The notes below the pieces were generated by a model. That model saw nothing but the letters and a program-made list of their open reading frames with translations, was not told the DNA's origin and did no database searches. A DNA stretch of 62,446 bases, filler included, from Globobulimina sp. (taxonomy: Eukaryota), in the NCBI GenBank assembly GCA_003354225.1. It is 29 parts of 29 records of this genome, joined end to end, with 100 filler letters (N's around TTAATTAATTAA, not from the genome) between each part and the next. Parts side by side here need not be neighbours in the genome. Positions count along the whole stretch, not along the records: positions 36,677 to 38,732 come from PIVH01009383.1; positions 38,833 to 40,888 come from PIVH01009384.1; positions 40,989 to 43,044 come from PIVH01009385.1; positions 43,145 to 45,200 come from PIVH01009386.1; positions 45,301 to 47,356 come from PIVH01009387.1; positions 47,457 to 49,512 come from PIVH01009388.1; 23 more parts are not named here. One strand, given 5' to 3'. Below are positions 37,965 to 49,612 of this stretch, in pieces. The stretch's first letter is position 1, and each line of letters opens with the position of its first letter. The position numbers and the translations under genes were made by a program.

Positions 37965-38732
37965 TCAAATATATGTTAGGTATCCAGGGTAATACAACCA
38001 AATTAATTGTGAGAGACATGATGGAATATTCATATCACGGAAAGATTGTACATGATATACATAAGCAGTTACGATTAATTTGTCAAATGTATTTCTATAT
38101 TCCTGACGCCATTGTTGTGGAGCTAATTGATTGCGCCATTCGACATGTTGTGATTTTTTAAAACAATGAATCATTCCGTCGTGCGAATCAATTAAATATT
38201 TCAAACTATGTAAACTTGATTTGGGCAGCACCCAATTTAATTTCACAATTTTCCGATAACGTAAATCAATGCAATACATCTTATAACCGATGTTCATATC
38301 ATTTGAATTGTGATAAATGGTTAAAATATGATCATGAATCAATGAAACAGTATATTTCAATGACTTACTCGATATTTGTAACTTTAATGGATACTCTTTC
38401 CATACATATGAGGTTTTGCTGAATTGACAATAAATTATTTTTGCGTCGAATGTTCTGAACATTAATAATTGTCCCATTGATTTGACGTATATCATTTTAT
38501 ATAAATTATTATGCGTTACATCATAACATGGCAATCGAATAAATGAATTATCTGTTTTATTGTACTTAATATGATAACCGTTATTTGATACAGCATGGAT
38601 TTCATTAGTTGGTGATATAAAATAGATAAAATTACATTGTTTTAATTGCGTTGTTGGTAATGATTCGATTGTAAACGTTTGAATATCCAAACACTTTGTT
38701 TTTAAGTTTAATGCCGCCACGTTTTTAAATTT
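37965..38732 (-). CDS. Degenerate beta-propeller (kelch-derived) protein, C-terminal part
   Basis: Beta-rich blades with a C-terminal IPSCLSQLIWLYY F-box-like helix, like the one at 17265-18055. Confidence 0.5.
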   Translation of the reverse strand, partial: KFKNVAALNLKTKCLDIQTFTIESLPTTQLKQCNFIYFISPTNEIHAVSNNGYHIKYNKTDNSFIRLPCYDVTHNNLYKMIYVKSMGQLLMFRTFDAKIIYCQFSKTSYVWKEYPLKLQISSKSLKYTVSLIHDHILTIYHNSNDMNIGYKMYCIDLRYRKIVKLNWVLPKSSLHSLKYLIDSHDGMIHCFKKSQHVEWRNQLAPQQWRQEYRNTFDKLIVTAYVYHVQSFRDMNIPSCLSQLIWLYYPGYLTYI

Positions 38733-39158
38733 NNNNNNNNNNNNNNNNNNNNNNNNNNNNNNNNNNNNNNNNNNNNTTAATTAATTAANNNNNNNNNNNN
38801 NNNNNNNNNNNNNNNNNNNNNNNNNNNNNNNNTATTGATCTTGCTGTAGCCATAGCTGGTTTGAAGCATCTATAAGCTTCTTTTTTTGTGGCATCTCGCA
38901 ATCGAACTCTATGTTGGGTGGTTAAGTCTAATTTATGTTTACTTAACGTAATTCCCAAATATTTACTTTCGTTTTCTTCTTTGATATATATAGTAGTAGA
39001 GAAGGGGACACTTGACACCTTTTTTATATGTAAACAAATTTTTCAATTTTTTAATTTTTAAAATATATTTTGCAATTTTTAATTTTAAATATTTTCTATT
39101 CAGAAAAATATAAATACCATAATTTTTCGTTTTCTTGGTCATTGTTCATATTATCATC

Positions 39159-40142
39159 ATGTTAACAAAAACGAAAAAAGAATTGCTCGCTAAATTATTT
39201 TACAATTCAAAAACGGGTTTCACTTCACCCCATAAATTATGGTTACAAGCCCAAAAAGAAAATTCTGGTATAACCCAACAAGATGTAAAACTTTATTTAT
39301 CAACGCAACCTGCTTATTCAAGACATAAACAAGTACCAAAACCGAGAACTTCTATTTGGAATCGATGGATCCTAGCTTCGAATCCTGGACAAGTTGTCGC
39401 GATAGATGGATGGTTTCTAGGCACTGGTACAAAATCTCAATTTTCTCACGCTCTTGTCGCGGTTGACACTTTTACCAAACTAGCTGCCGTACAACCTATC
39501 AGAAATATGACGGCGGAAAATACAGCAAAAGCTATGGAGAAAATTATAAAAAATTTCAAATTTAGAATAATTTCGGTTTTCTGCGATCGCGGAAAAGAAT
39601 TCGTCGGAAAACCATTCCGCGATATGTTAAATCGTTATAACGTGCGCCAAATTTTCACATCTGGTAATAACCCATCAAAAACCGCTTTGGCCGAATCTCT
39701 GATCCGATCACTCCGAATTATATTGGGGAGAATTGTGACCGGCGGTGGATCGGGGTGGAATGCAGTTAAACAAGCACTATACATTTACAACAATTCACCA
39801 CACAGATCAATAGGAAATCGTGTCCCAAACAATGTTAGAATGGAGGACTCAGGGAAAATTTTAAAATATATTACCGACGAAAGAGAAAAAGAGATGGATA
39901 AGCCAAGTGTATTGGCTCCACCTAAATTTCAAAAAGATGATGTGGTTCGGGTTTTGGAATTAAATAAGAAAGGAGCCTTTGACAAAATCAATTTACCTAG
40001 ATGGAGCAAGGAGCTGTACCGAGTATATAAAGTGAAATACACAGTGCCTAGACCTAGTTATATTTTGTCTAATCCGTCGAGTGGAGCTGTTTTGCCAGGA
40101 AGTTTTCCTGAAAAATCACTTCAATTACGTCATAATGTATGA
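39159..40142 (+). CDS. Retroviral-like DDE integrase (Polinton pINT type)
   Basis: YNSKTGF N-terminus; D (VAID), D (CDRGKEF), E (AESLIRS); YNNSPHRSIG; KFQKDDVVRV..RWSKELYRV..GSFPEKSLQ. Confidence 0.9.
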   Translation: MLTKTKKELLAKLFYNSKTGFTSPHKLWLQAQKENSGITQQDVKLYLSTQPAYSRHKQVPKPRTSIWNRWILASNPGQVVAIDGWFLGTGTKSQFSHALVAVDTFTKLAAVQPIRNMTAENTAKAMEKIIKNFKFRIISVFCDRGKEFVGKPFRDMLNRYNVRQIFTSGNNPSKTALAESLIRSLRIILGRIVTGGGSGWNAVKQALYIYNNSPHRSIGNRVPNNVRMEDSGKILKYITDEREKEMDKPSVLAPPKFQKDDVVRVLELNKKGAFDKINLPRWSKELYRVYKVKYTVPRPSYILSNPSSGAVLPGSFPEKSLQLRHNV

Positions 40143-40888
40143 ATTTGATGTATACTTATCAGATATGAAATCTTATGATTCTAAAAATCCGAATAAAACT
40201 GATTGGATCTATTACCCACCTGACCCATTGATAAACAAACTCGGCGAGCACGAAAACTGGTTAGTGAAATGTGATTACATCAGTGTGAGCTCTAACGTAT
40301 CAACGAGTGAAAAATGTTGGTTGGGTTTCTTAAACAGTCAAACAAAAGAACAGTACAATTATGAGTTCACACCAAGTATAGAAACTACAACAACTGAGAT
40401 AGCGAAGCAAATTACTGACATTCTATCATCGGACGGAGTAACCAAAGTTTGTCACTCAACTGCTAGAGTTTGGTCATTTACATTCGAGCCGGAACAACAA
40501 AAGTTCAAAGTTGGAAAATCTACAACCTTACCGCCGTTAGAATTCAGAGATAAACTTTTCATGTACATGAGTCCACGTCTCAGTGAAAGATTAGGATTTA
40601 AACTGCAAAAACCAACAGATGAATATTATCGTTTCGCGTATAAAAAAGTAAGCGACCCTCAAAACCCACAACCATATATTGGAGAAAACTATCCAAACTT
40701 ATTGAAATATCTCCGCCGATTTTATCTGACAGGAGATTTTGTCCAATCAAGTATCCTGAATTCAAGTCAACTCCCAGTGGTGACAAGTTTCAACAACCCA
40801 TATTATTTTAATTCAAAAGATGGGAGACGAGAGTACGGTTTTGACGATCCAGTCGAAATTGACCCATCAAACACAAATCACTGGCTCA
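40135..40888 (+). CDS. Putative minor capsid protein (penton), 3'-truncated
   Basis: FDVYLSD..N..DWIYYPPDPL..WLV; LSERLGF; FYLTGDFVQSSILNSSQLPVV. The ATG overlaps the integrase end. Confidence 0.6.
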
Positions 40889-41168
40889 NNNNNNNNNNNN
40901 NNNNNNNNNNNNNNNNNNNNNNNNNNNNNNNNTTAATTAATTAANNNNNNNNNNNNNNNNNNNNNNNNNNNNNNNNNNNNNNNNNNNNTTTAGTGATGAA
41001 ACGATGTTTAAAATCAGCATTGATCAACAGTTCACATTAGATGATGGTCGCCCGATGCAAGCGTTTTTGTGTCAAAAATTACAGTTTAACTAAATTTTGA
41101 TCATACACAGTATATCACGAATATGTGTATTTTGCACTGAATATATTATATATGTACATTCATAAAAG

Positions 41169-42650
41169 TCAGTAATCATCAGAATAATCATCCTCATCAT
41201 CCTCATCATCCTCATCATCATCATCCTCATCTTCTTCATCTTCCCCAATAACAACGTCTTGTTTATCTTGCAAGTCCGATACTAAATTCCTTACATTTCT
41301 ATCAGCCTCATAAAAGTCATCAATATCCATCCCTTCCTGTGTGTAATGATGAAAATAATTTCTCATTCGAAACGCTTTCGAAAATGATGCACATATCCTT
41401 TGAAATACAGTTTTTACTGCAGTTTGATTGATAATTGTTGTGGACATTACTGGTGTAAACTTTTTATAACATTCAAATCCATCCTTGACAAAAGTTGACT
41501 GCATTGGATTGGGTATCCACGCTACAAAATCATCACTCAATTTATCATATAAACTCACACAATATTTATCCATACTATTTATTGCCTCTTTATCATTGCC
41601 TCTATAAAATATGCTGCAACTCATCATTTTGCCAGCTTCATTATGCACATTGGACAAATCCTTCGTGACAGTTTCATTTATTATTTTACTAATATGCCCA
41701 TTAAATATATACTCTTTCTTTGAAAAAAACGGTGAATGTGATAACGTCAGAAAATGTAATCTCGGAAAACAACATGATTCAATTTCCATTTTCTTCAAAT
41801 TTGAGCTCACATTTGGCTCACAAACAAAGCGCAAAGGAGATGTAATTCCACTTAATGCCAACGATAACGCCCAATTTATATCAGCAAAAGTAGCATTTGT
41901 TACATTCAAATCACTTTGAACCACTTTTAATAACTGACCATTGGCAATAACCATGCTTAAATCTGCAAAATCAATCAACTCATTTATGGCTAATATCGAA
42001 TTGTATATTTCTATATTGTTGTTATGATGGTTGTGCATTTTTGCTCCTCTTTGATAATATGAATAATATGAAAAGCCTCCTGTCAAAGACGGGAAAATGG
42101 TATGGGTCAATCTAGTTTTTTTGGGATAAGCATCCGTCAATTTTGTTAATAAAAGTGCAGCAAAACCAGAGCTGAATCCGCCACCCGTTGAATGTAACAT
42201 ATTTATGCCTTGATAATAATTAGAAACACTTTCAATTTGTTTCCTTATTTTATCGCAAACATAATCGATCATATCCTCACCATGCTTGTAATAACCTGTT
42301 GGGAATAGGATGGATGGCTCACTGTATTCGCCACAAAGCAGTGAATCGTTTGCATTCAACAATGATCCCAATGGTGATGCGCTTATTTTATTTATTGAGC
42401 TTTTGTCGATATCAATGAATATTGCTCTTGGGATATATTGATTGGTTATATTGTTATATTTGAAATATGTATTGATTTTATTTAATAATAACTCATCATT
42501 TCGATGCTTCCGGTTGCCAGTAAATTTGCCATTTTTGTCAATTTTATGTTCATTCATTATTGTTGAATAATAGGAATTTCCTCCAAATGTACCGCAACGT
42601 CCAAGACATAATGTTAATATTTCGTTTCCTGATGAGACAGTATCTGTCAT
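41169..42650 (-). CDS. Highly divergent beta-tubulin (retarian beta2-type)
   Basis: EILTLCLGRCG, PRAIFID, GITSPLRF, FPRLHF, FVAWIPN, TQEGMD, DRNVRNLVSDLQDKQD and an acidic tail. Confidence 0.88.
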   Translation of the reverse strand: MTDTVSSGNEILTLCLGRCGTFGGNSYYSTIMNEHKIDKNGKFTGNRKHRNDELLLNKINTYFKYNNITNQYIPRAIFIDIDKSSINKISASPLGSLLNANDSLLCGEYSEPSILFPTGYYKHGEDMIDYVCDKIRKQIESVSNYYQGINMLHSTGGGFSSGFAALLLTKLTDAYPKKTRLTHTIFPSLTGGFSYYSYYQRGAKMHNHHNNNIEIYNSILAINELIDFADLSMVIANGQLLKVVQSDLNVTNATFADINWALSLALSGITSPLRFVCEPNVSSNLKKMEIESCCFPRLHFLTLSHSPFFSKKEYIFNGHISKIINETVTKDLSNVHNEAGKMMSCSIFYRGNDKEAINSMDKYCVSLYDKLSDDFVAWIPNPMQSTFVKDGFECYKKFTPVMSTTIINQTAVKTVFQRICASFSKAFRMRNYFHHYTQEGMDIDDFYEADRNVRNLVSDLQDKQDVVIGEDEEDEDDDDEDDEDDEDDYSDDY

Positions 42651-42799
42651 TTGTGTTTTAACTGAACGATAGTTCGGATACTCGGATTTCGACTTTTGCA
42701 CGAAATAGGAGTGATATATTATTGATAAAAACTTAATTCAAAAAACAATTTACAAACTGTACACAGACGTGGTATAATTATACAAACTGTATCCCTACA

Positions 42800-43044
42800 T
42801 TATACATTATAATATTGTGAGCCAATACATGATGAACAATTAACCTGAGTTGCTTTATTGATAAAGTTCTCGCCACCAACTATTTGATATCCCAACACAA
42901 TAAATTCCCTAAAATTAGTCATTCCGTCGCCATTATAATCAACATCGCTTACTCTTTCACTGCATGTTATATTTGGATGAATATTGAAATATGAAACAGC
43001 AACGGGCCAAATAGAAGAACAAAAAAGGTTATGATCCACTTTAT
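42800..43044 (-). CDS. EF-hand protein, C-terminal fragment
   Basis: DYNGDGMTNFREF EF-hand loop. Confidence 0.6.
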
Positions 43045-43179
43045 NNNNNNNNNNNNNNNNNNNNNNNNNNNNNNNNNNNNNNNNNNNNTTAATTAATTAA
43101 NNNNNNNNNNNNNNNNNNNNNNNNNNNNNNNNNNNNNNNNNNNNTCTCAGTTCTCAAAAGCTAGTAACAATTTTGCAAT

Positions 43180-43316
43180 TTCTAACTTTGTCAAATCGCC
43201 CCAATTAAGAATTAAAGTCTTTCCTTTTAGATCCTATATGATTGGTACAATACACACACAATACAGCAACTCAAAAGGCAAGCAAAATGACGAAAGAGTT
43301 AGTGTGGTCAAGCCTA
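43180..43316. repeat. Dispersed repeat, copy 2
   Basis: Homologous to 25522-25645. Confidence 0.85.
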
Positions 43317-43430
43317 GTTTAATATTTGTTATATGATTATGCAAAGATATGTATACAAATGCAAACTTTATATTGATATGTATGCGATGGGGGGGGGCTG
43401 GGTTATGTACCAAAACTCGTCGTAAACTTA

Positions 43431-44243
43431 ATGGCTACGGATAGAAAGAAGTGGAAAAACAACACAACTGCTAAATTCGAGCGACTTCCTAAAGCGAAAC
43501 GCAAACAACTACGATCATCACTGAGTTTTACTAATTTGGCTCGTTTAGATCAATCATTGTCACGTGATATGAGCTCCAGTGCGGGAAATATATCCGGATT
43601 ATCGCAATTATCAGTGATCTTAGATGCTGACAAACAGTTAATAACTCGTGGTATGATTATATTTTATTTTATTATATTATTAATTATATAACAAAGAATA
43701 GGGGATTTAGAATCTGATTTAAATGTATTACGTGAGGAAATTGGTGAATTAAAAAAAGAAATCCAAGAAAAAGAATTGGAAGGAAAATTAACATATTTTC
43801 AATTGATCAAAAAACTATTAACATTTTATCAATTTTGGCTATCACTGATTATGATGTATCAAACATTCAAATCGGAATACGAGGAATTAATGATCCAATC
43901 TCAGGTCGAACTGGAAATCGATAAACCAAACACATTGCAATTATTAATGATTTTGTATCGTACCTTACCGTATATTTTAACCAAAGGGAATTGTTTCAAA
44001 TGCGTCAAAAAATCCATATTATTTATGATTGCATTCATTTTTATTTCGAGAAAGACTGAACTTTTGAGGAATATTGCTTTCATTTGTTCGACTTGCTATT
44101 CATTGTTTTGTCTATGCCATTATTCCTATTTTAAGCATCATTTAGCGAATATACTGTTAAATGTCATTCATATTAGCAATCGGTATTATTATCTTCATGG
44201 ACTCACTGATTACTACTTTTTAATTAAAAAAAAGACAAAATGA
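43431..44243 (+). CDS. Hypothetical protein with a coiled coil; probable intron 43651-43701
   Basis: A 51-bp GT-AG intron joins ORFs 43431 and 43776 in frame through DLESDLNVLREEIGELKKE. Confidence 0.4.
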
Positions 44244-44249
44244 AAATAA

Positions 44250-45047
44250 TTACAATGAAGCACCAATAAATTTACCTTTATATGTTTGGACTTTAATATC
44301 AAAATCGTTTGGATCCATTTTGAACTCACTAACTCTCAAAGATATTTTTTGTAAAAATTCAGTGACAATTTCATTTTTGTAAATTAATTGATAATGTTTT
44401 TGTATCATTTGATAATTTGCAATAAAATCTTTTGGCGCATCTTCGTATGATTCAAATATTAGCCATAAACTATGAAATAACTCAAATAATTTTAAATCAG
44501 CGATGGTCAACGAATCACCAACAACAAAGCCGTTGTTATTTCCTCGTTGCACATTTTCTAAAAGTCGTCGTTCAAATTTTCTTAACCAAAATGTCAATTT
44601 GCCATCAGATGAAATTAATTTCTCTCTCTCATCTTTTCTGCTGATTGAACCGGATAATATTAACCGTAAATCCTCGCAAGAATCCAATATTTCGTCACAG
44701 AGTGCGCCTAACAATGGGCGTGATAATGGGTACAAATTACATAAACTGCCGATATATCTCAAACATGCATTTGATTGACCAATTTTTATTATTTTTTCCT
44801 CATTCTCGCCAAATATTAATAGTTCGGGCAAACCAGACCATCTTCGACCATTCGCTTTTTTTACTTTTATGTGATCCGCTTTTGTGACAAATTCATCCGT
44901 GTATGAGATGCCGCCAATATATGCCGCCAAACGCAAACTAAATGCTTGTCCTGCAAATGGGAAATATGTTAATTTAAAGCTGGGCCGTGGTGCTTGTTCT
45001 TCTTCCTCTTCTTCTTCTTCTTTCTGTTCTTTTTTATTTTCTGTCAT
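44250..45047 (-). CDS. Glutathione S-transferase (sigma-like)
   Basis: KLTYF, GLPEL, GQSNACLRYIG, VVGDSLTIADL. Confidence 0.92.
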   Translation of the reverse strand: MTENKKEQKEEEEEEEEQAPRPSFKLTYFPFAGQAFSLRLAAYIGGISYTDEFVTKADHIKVKKANGRRWSGLPELLIFGENEEKIIKIGQSNACLRYIGSLCNLYPLSRPLLGALCDEILDSCEDLRLILSGSISRKDEREKLISSDGKLTFWLRKFERRLLENVQRGNNNGFVVGDSLTIADLKLFELFHSLWLIFESYEDAPKDFIANYQMIQKHYQLIYKNEIVTEFLQKISLRVSEFKMDPNDFDIKVQTYKGKFIGASL

Positions 45048-45300
45048 TACAACTCAACTGAAATGTACCTATTGCGTTTTTTAGCTGTTTCAGTTGTTGT
45101 TGACAGAATTAGCTGAACAGAAATTGAAGGTTAAAAGGTTCCTACCCAAAAAAAGCCAGTAAAAGTGGAATTACTCCTTTTGACCCGTTTACAACACTTA
45201 NNNNNNNNNNNNNNNNNNNNNNNNNNNNNNNNNNNNNNNNNNNNTTAATTAATTAANNNNNNNNNNNNNNNNNNNNNNNNNNNNNNNNNNNNNNNNNNNN

Positions 45301-45846
45301 GTTCGTATAATTATCGATAACTTTATATGTATTAATAATGTGGTTATCATAATAATTCTGGATTAGTTTCATTATTTCCTTTGGTGTTTTTGGTGCAATG
45401 TTTAGAATATATCTGGACACTAAAATTGTATCCGGTGGTTCAGTAAATCGATACATATCATCCAGGGAATGATGGTCAGACTGGAATTTTTTTGATAGAA
45501 TTTCTTTGGCAGTGTCATGGCTTAAACTATATTTAATATTCGCTAAATTATCATTTATAAACTTCAAATGTTTCAATGATTTGGAACAATGTTCTTTTAT
45601 TAATGGTGAGGTATATTCATTCATCATAAATGATTTAAAGTTATATTTAGATTTAATAAACTCCGATTTTATATTCTTGTTATCTATGCTATCAATGATT
45701 TGATCGATTATTAATGATTTGCCACTATCGCGTTCTCCTATAAATAAAATGATTTTTTCTTTTTTTTTAATACTTATTTCACTTTCAATATCTTCTATGC
45801 GTTTATTTTTCGCTTTCTTGTTTGCTATGCAATTGCAAGTACCCAT
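45301..45846 (-). CDS. Divergent G-protein alpha-like protein, N-terminal fragment
   Basis: MGTCNC lipidation motif, basic helix and P-loop ILFIGERDSGKS. Confidence 0.6.
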
Positions 45847-45974
45847 TATACAATTTACAAGAAAGTTTTTTTAGCCAACTAAACATTTAATTTATAACAA
45901 ACAAACAAACAAACGATTGGATTGCTAGAAACAAAAAGATAAAATTATCATCAACCAATCCCAATAATATACAA

Positions 45975-47356
45975 TTATTTTTTCAAATTTCTTTTTTGAA
46001 AATGTGTTCCTCCGACAAAGCCACCCGCCAATGATTTATCCACGTTCTGCTTGAAGACATTTATATTATTTCTAAATTCTTGCGCAGCGAATTCATTTAA
46101 AGGGTCTGCAGCATTTGGTTCCTAAATCACATACAAAATAATATACAGTCTATAAAAAGTTAAAAAATAACAGACCAAAAATAACAACATTAAACCATGG
46201 ATAATTTGTTGCAGAGTTGAAATTGGTCTCCAATCGGCACCCAATATATTTAGCGAAATATTTCCTTGTAAATCAATATTTGGATGGTATATTTTTTCAA
46301 CACAGGTTACTTTTGGTGGTTTATACGGATAAAGATCTGGAATTACAAAGTTAAATGAATAGGTTGCACCGCGCCAATAGCCGCTCTCCAAAGTTATTGC
46401 AACTTGGAATTGTTGTAAATTCTCTTTATTTGCAATATTTAATCGCACATTGGGTGGCAATTCTAACTCATCCAAATCTAACTGCACTCGAACTAAACCA
46501 GGTTTAGGTGCTTTTTTTTTATTTTTCAATCCCTTTTTTTTGCCTCTTCTCCCTCGACCGATTTTGTATAATGATGTAATTGCTGCAGGGTTTGATTTCA
46601 TTGGTGATGCAGGAAAAACAAATTCAGCATCCGCTAAATCCATCATATCGTCCGCTAAATCCTCCACTTGATCGATGTTTAGCTCTTTATATTGTGCCTT
46701 CAATGCAGTTGCTGCCATTTTCATGGCACAAACCATATCAGCATTATCTTTGAGTGTTTGTTGCGCAAATCTGGTGTGATCAATATTCATTTGCTGTCGA
46801 TGCATATCACTTCTTTGCTTTTCATATTGTTTTTTTTGTTTTAATAATCTGAGTGCTTTTTGTTTATATGATTGCTTTGCTACACCTTTGCTTTTTTGCA
46901 TCCTTTTCTTTAATGCTACGATTTGCTTTTCCAATCTAATAATTTTGTTTTCTTTTTCTTCTTTTTTTTCTTCTTCATTTTCTGGTTCATTTTCTGGTTT
47001 CATATCAACTTTTTGCTTTACAACAATCATTGAGCTCCATGGAGTGACAAACTTATACTTCAATGCCAATGCTAATGGTGTGGATTCATGCTCTTTTTGT
47101 TCGTCCTCATCCAATTCAATCATATCATTATAAATTAGTTTCTGTTTGGCAAATTGTTGAAGTTTTAAGTATGCCCAGATTCGTTCTGCCTCATTTATAT
47201 CGTTGATCACATAGTTAATCTTGAATTTTTTTGTAATATTTATTGGTTCTGTTATTAATTTATCATTTTCTGTCCTTTGCGTCCCAGTGATTGCAGATAC
47301 TGTCACTGCTAAAGTGCAGTCCTTATTATTTTCAATTTTTCCACAAATAATAATAT
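45975..47356 (-). CDS. Fusion of ITIH/VIT-vWA-type C-terminus, Snf7 (CHMP5/Vps60-like) and Ubc12-like E2 (Cys-to-Ser); intron 46122-46175; 5'-truncated
   Basis: ERIWAYL..LALKYKFVTPWSSMIV; KQKALRLLKQKKQYE..NIDQVEDLADDMMD; YPYKPPKV..HPNIDLQGNISLNIL..DW, then EPNAADPLN after splicing. Confidence 0.82.
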
Positions 47357-47456
47357 NNNNNNNNNNNNNNNNNNNNNNNNNNNNNNNNNNNNNNNNNNNN
47401 TTAATTAATTAANNNNNNNNNNNNNNNNNNNNNNNNNNNNNNNNNNNNNNNNNNNN

Positions 47457-49235
47457 CTTGAAGTGTTTCTTTCTTGTTTTGCGCGCAATGCCTAAGCTGA
47501 ATAATTTGGCGCACTGCGTAGTGGATAATTTGTGGATCAATTTGCGATAAATAACCTGTGCATAGTCGCAGTCCCATTTAGTGATTAAAATAAAGTGCAA
47601 CGTTTCAATCACGTTGGAAAATACTAAATTTTCATCCAATTTGCTGATAAATTTGCCATTGGCGCCTTGCGCAGTGCGCGGTAAATAAAATGCTTTGGAC
47701 AAATCCAGAAATAATTCGACCTCACTGCTCGGTGATAATGTCATGGAAATTATGTTTGTGATCAATTTGCTATGATTGGTAAACTTGGACACAACCGACA
47801 AATTATATGAGTTTGTACATTGTTTCTCAATTTCTTCAGTATCGAAGGTGTAAAATATATTATTCGCATTCAGATAACGTTTATTTTTGTGTGACATGTT
47901 TTTAATCAATCCTTTGTCCATAAATATATTCCCCAAATCCACGGCATTCTCGTTATTAGCGACAAAATGCGATTTATGTGTCAACCAATTGATTGCTTGC
48001 GAGCCTATAAAACAATTTTTATATTTTTTCAAACGATATTTACGCGTTTTTGTTTCCAAGCCAATGCTCATTATTTTGCATTGTTGCGCCACTGTCAATA
48101 ATCTGCATAATCTGTGATAGATATTTTGCGCAAACACTTGTTGCCAGAATTCATTTAATATAAACTGCAAACATTCGTAAATATTATCAAATGAGACATA
48201 ATCCACAATGCAGCAAACATACGTATTATTGCTAGTGTTGTAGTAAAATGCGTGTTTAATATCGTCCATAAACTCATTAATATCCATATTATGCGCAATG
48301 GAGCTCATTTTCACCAACGACTGCATGATTTCGTTGTGTTTGTACAATCTGTCGACAATTTTCATGCTCTGTGTCGAGTCCGCATTGATGAGATTTTCAT
48401 TGAAACTATAAAAGAAAGTATTATCTTCGAAATCTTTTGCGTTTGAAATATGCCGCAAATAGCCCGCATTTATCATACTTTGACCCAACATTATGGCATC
48501 GCAACGAGCTATATATAGCAATATAAATTTGTGTACGTATTTCATGCGATTTGTGATGCATTTTTGTATGCTGCAAACTCAAGAAACAAAACTTTTGGCC
48601 ATGAAATTAGTAATCATCCAATCAACAGCTTCCTTGCCGACAATGCAATGGTTGCAATGTATACGCGAACCGATATAAAATAATAACGTCTTTTGGGTCA
48701 ATGACAGCCGCGTAATTAGTGCACAATAGATATTTTTGGCCCATTCATAGCGCAGAAATTCTTGAAAAGTATAATTTAAACATTGTGGTAATGTCATACA
48801 AGTGATATAGCCATGTTTTTCTATTTTGCATTTGTAGACACCTACGCCGATCGCGATGGATTCCCTTTTCTTTTTTTTTTGTTTCCCGTTGCTATGAGAC
48901 TGAGTTGGCAGAAACCAACCTGATGATAACCAGGAAGATATTAATGACTCTGTACAGCTGTTTGCCGCACTCAATTCAATTAATTTCGTTCTCACTAAGA
49001 CTGTGTTAATGTCGTTGGTGGCGCCTAATGGTGGGCTTAATGCAGCTGTTTGTGAGTTTTTGTTTGGTTTGAACATTGGGTGAGGTTTATCTGTGGTGGA
49101 TCTTCTGGGTCGTCGTGAATTTTTACGTTTGGTTTGATGAGATGTTGGTGGCGATTCAATCCGAAATGAGTCGATCCGAAATGACGGTGTACTCGAAGAG
49201 TGTGGTATTGGTGTAACCTGATCCGGGGTAGCCAT
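47457..49235 (-). CDS. Tandem DEP-domain protein, 3'-truncated; intron 48509-48592
   Basis: CIVGKEAVDWM..AIMLGQ..FYSF; CFIGSQAINWL..AVDLG..FYTF; a third repeat begins at the contig end. Confidence 0.85.
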
Positions 49236-49612
49236 TGTCTTTGTAGTAGTTTACTAACAAAAAAAACAAAAACAAAAACATTTTACAAGAGCGAACTACT
49301 CACGACGTAATGGACTCATTTTTACGTGATCGTATCAATAGAATTATTTACTTTGGAAGGAGACTCAACAAAATTATAAAAATATGTACTAGTATATGCA
49401 TAATTGAAACAAAACAAAAACATATAAATTATATTACGTAAGTAAGGAAACATAATTATCAAAACCAAAAAAAATATGGAATAATTATTAAAAAACAAAT
49501 CTGTGTTAACAANNNNNNNNNNNNNNNNNNNNNNNNNNNNNNNNNNNNNNNNNNNNTTAATTAATTAANNNNNNNNNNNNNNNNNNNNNNNNNNNNNNNN
49601 NNNNNNNNNNNN

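Larger units (their letters stand above)
38833..40888 (+). mobile_element. Polinton/Maverick- or adintovirus-like element fragment
   Basis: Polinton-type rve integrase overlapping a penton-like ORF; intronless. Confidence 0.8.

Noticed and set aside
32364-40888. NCLDV and Polinton genes as one linked virus-virophage locus
   Set aside because: They lie on separate contigs; proximity only reflects sorting by length.
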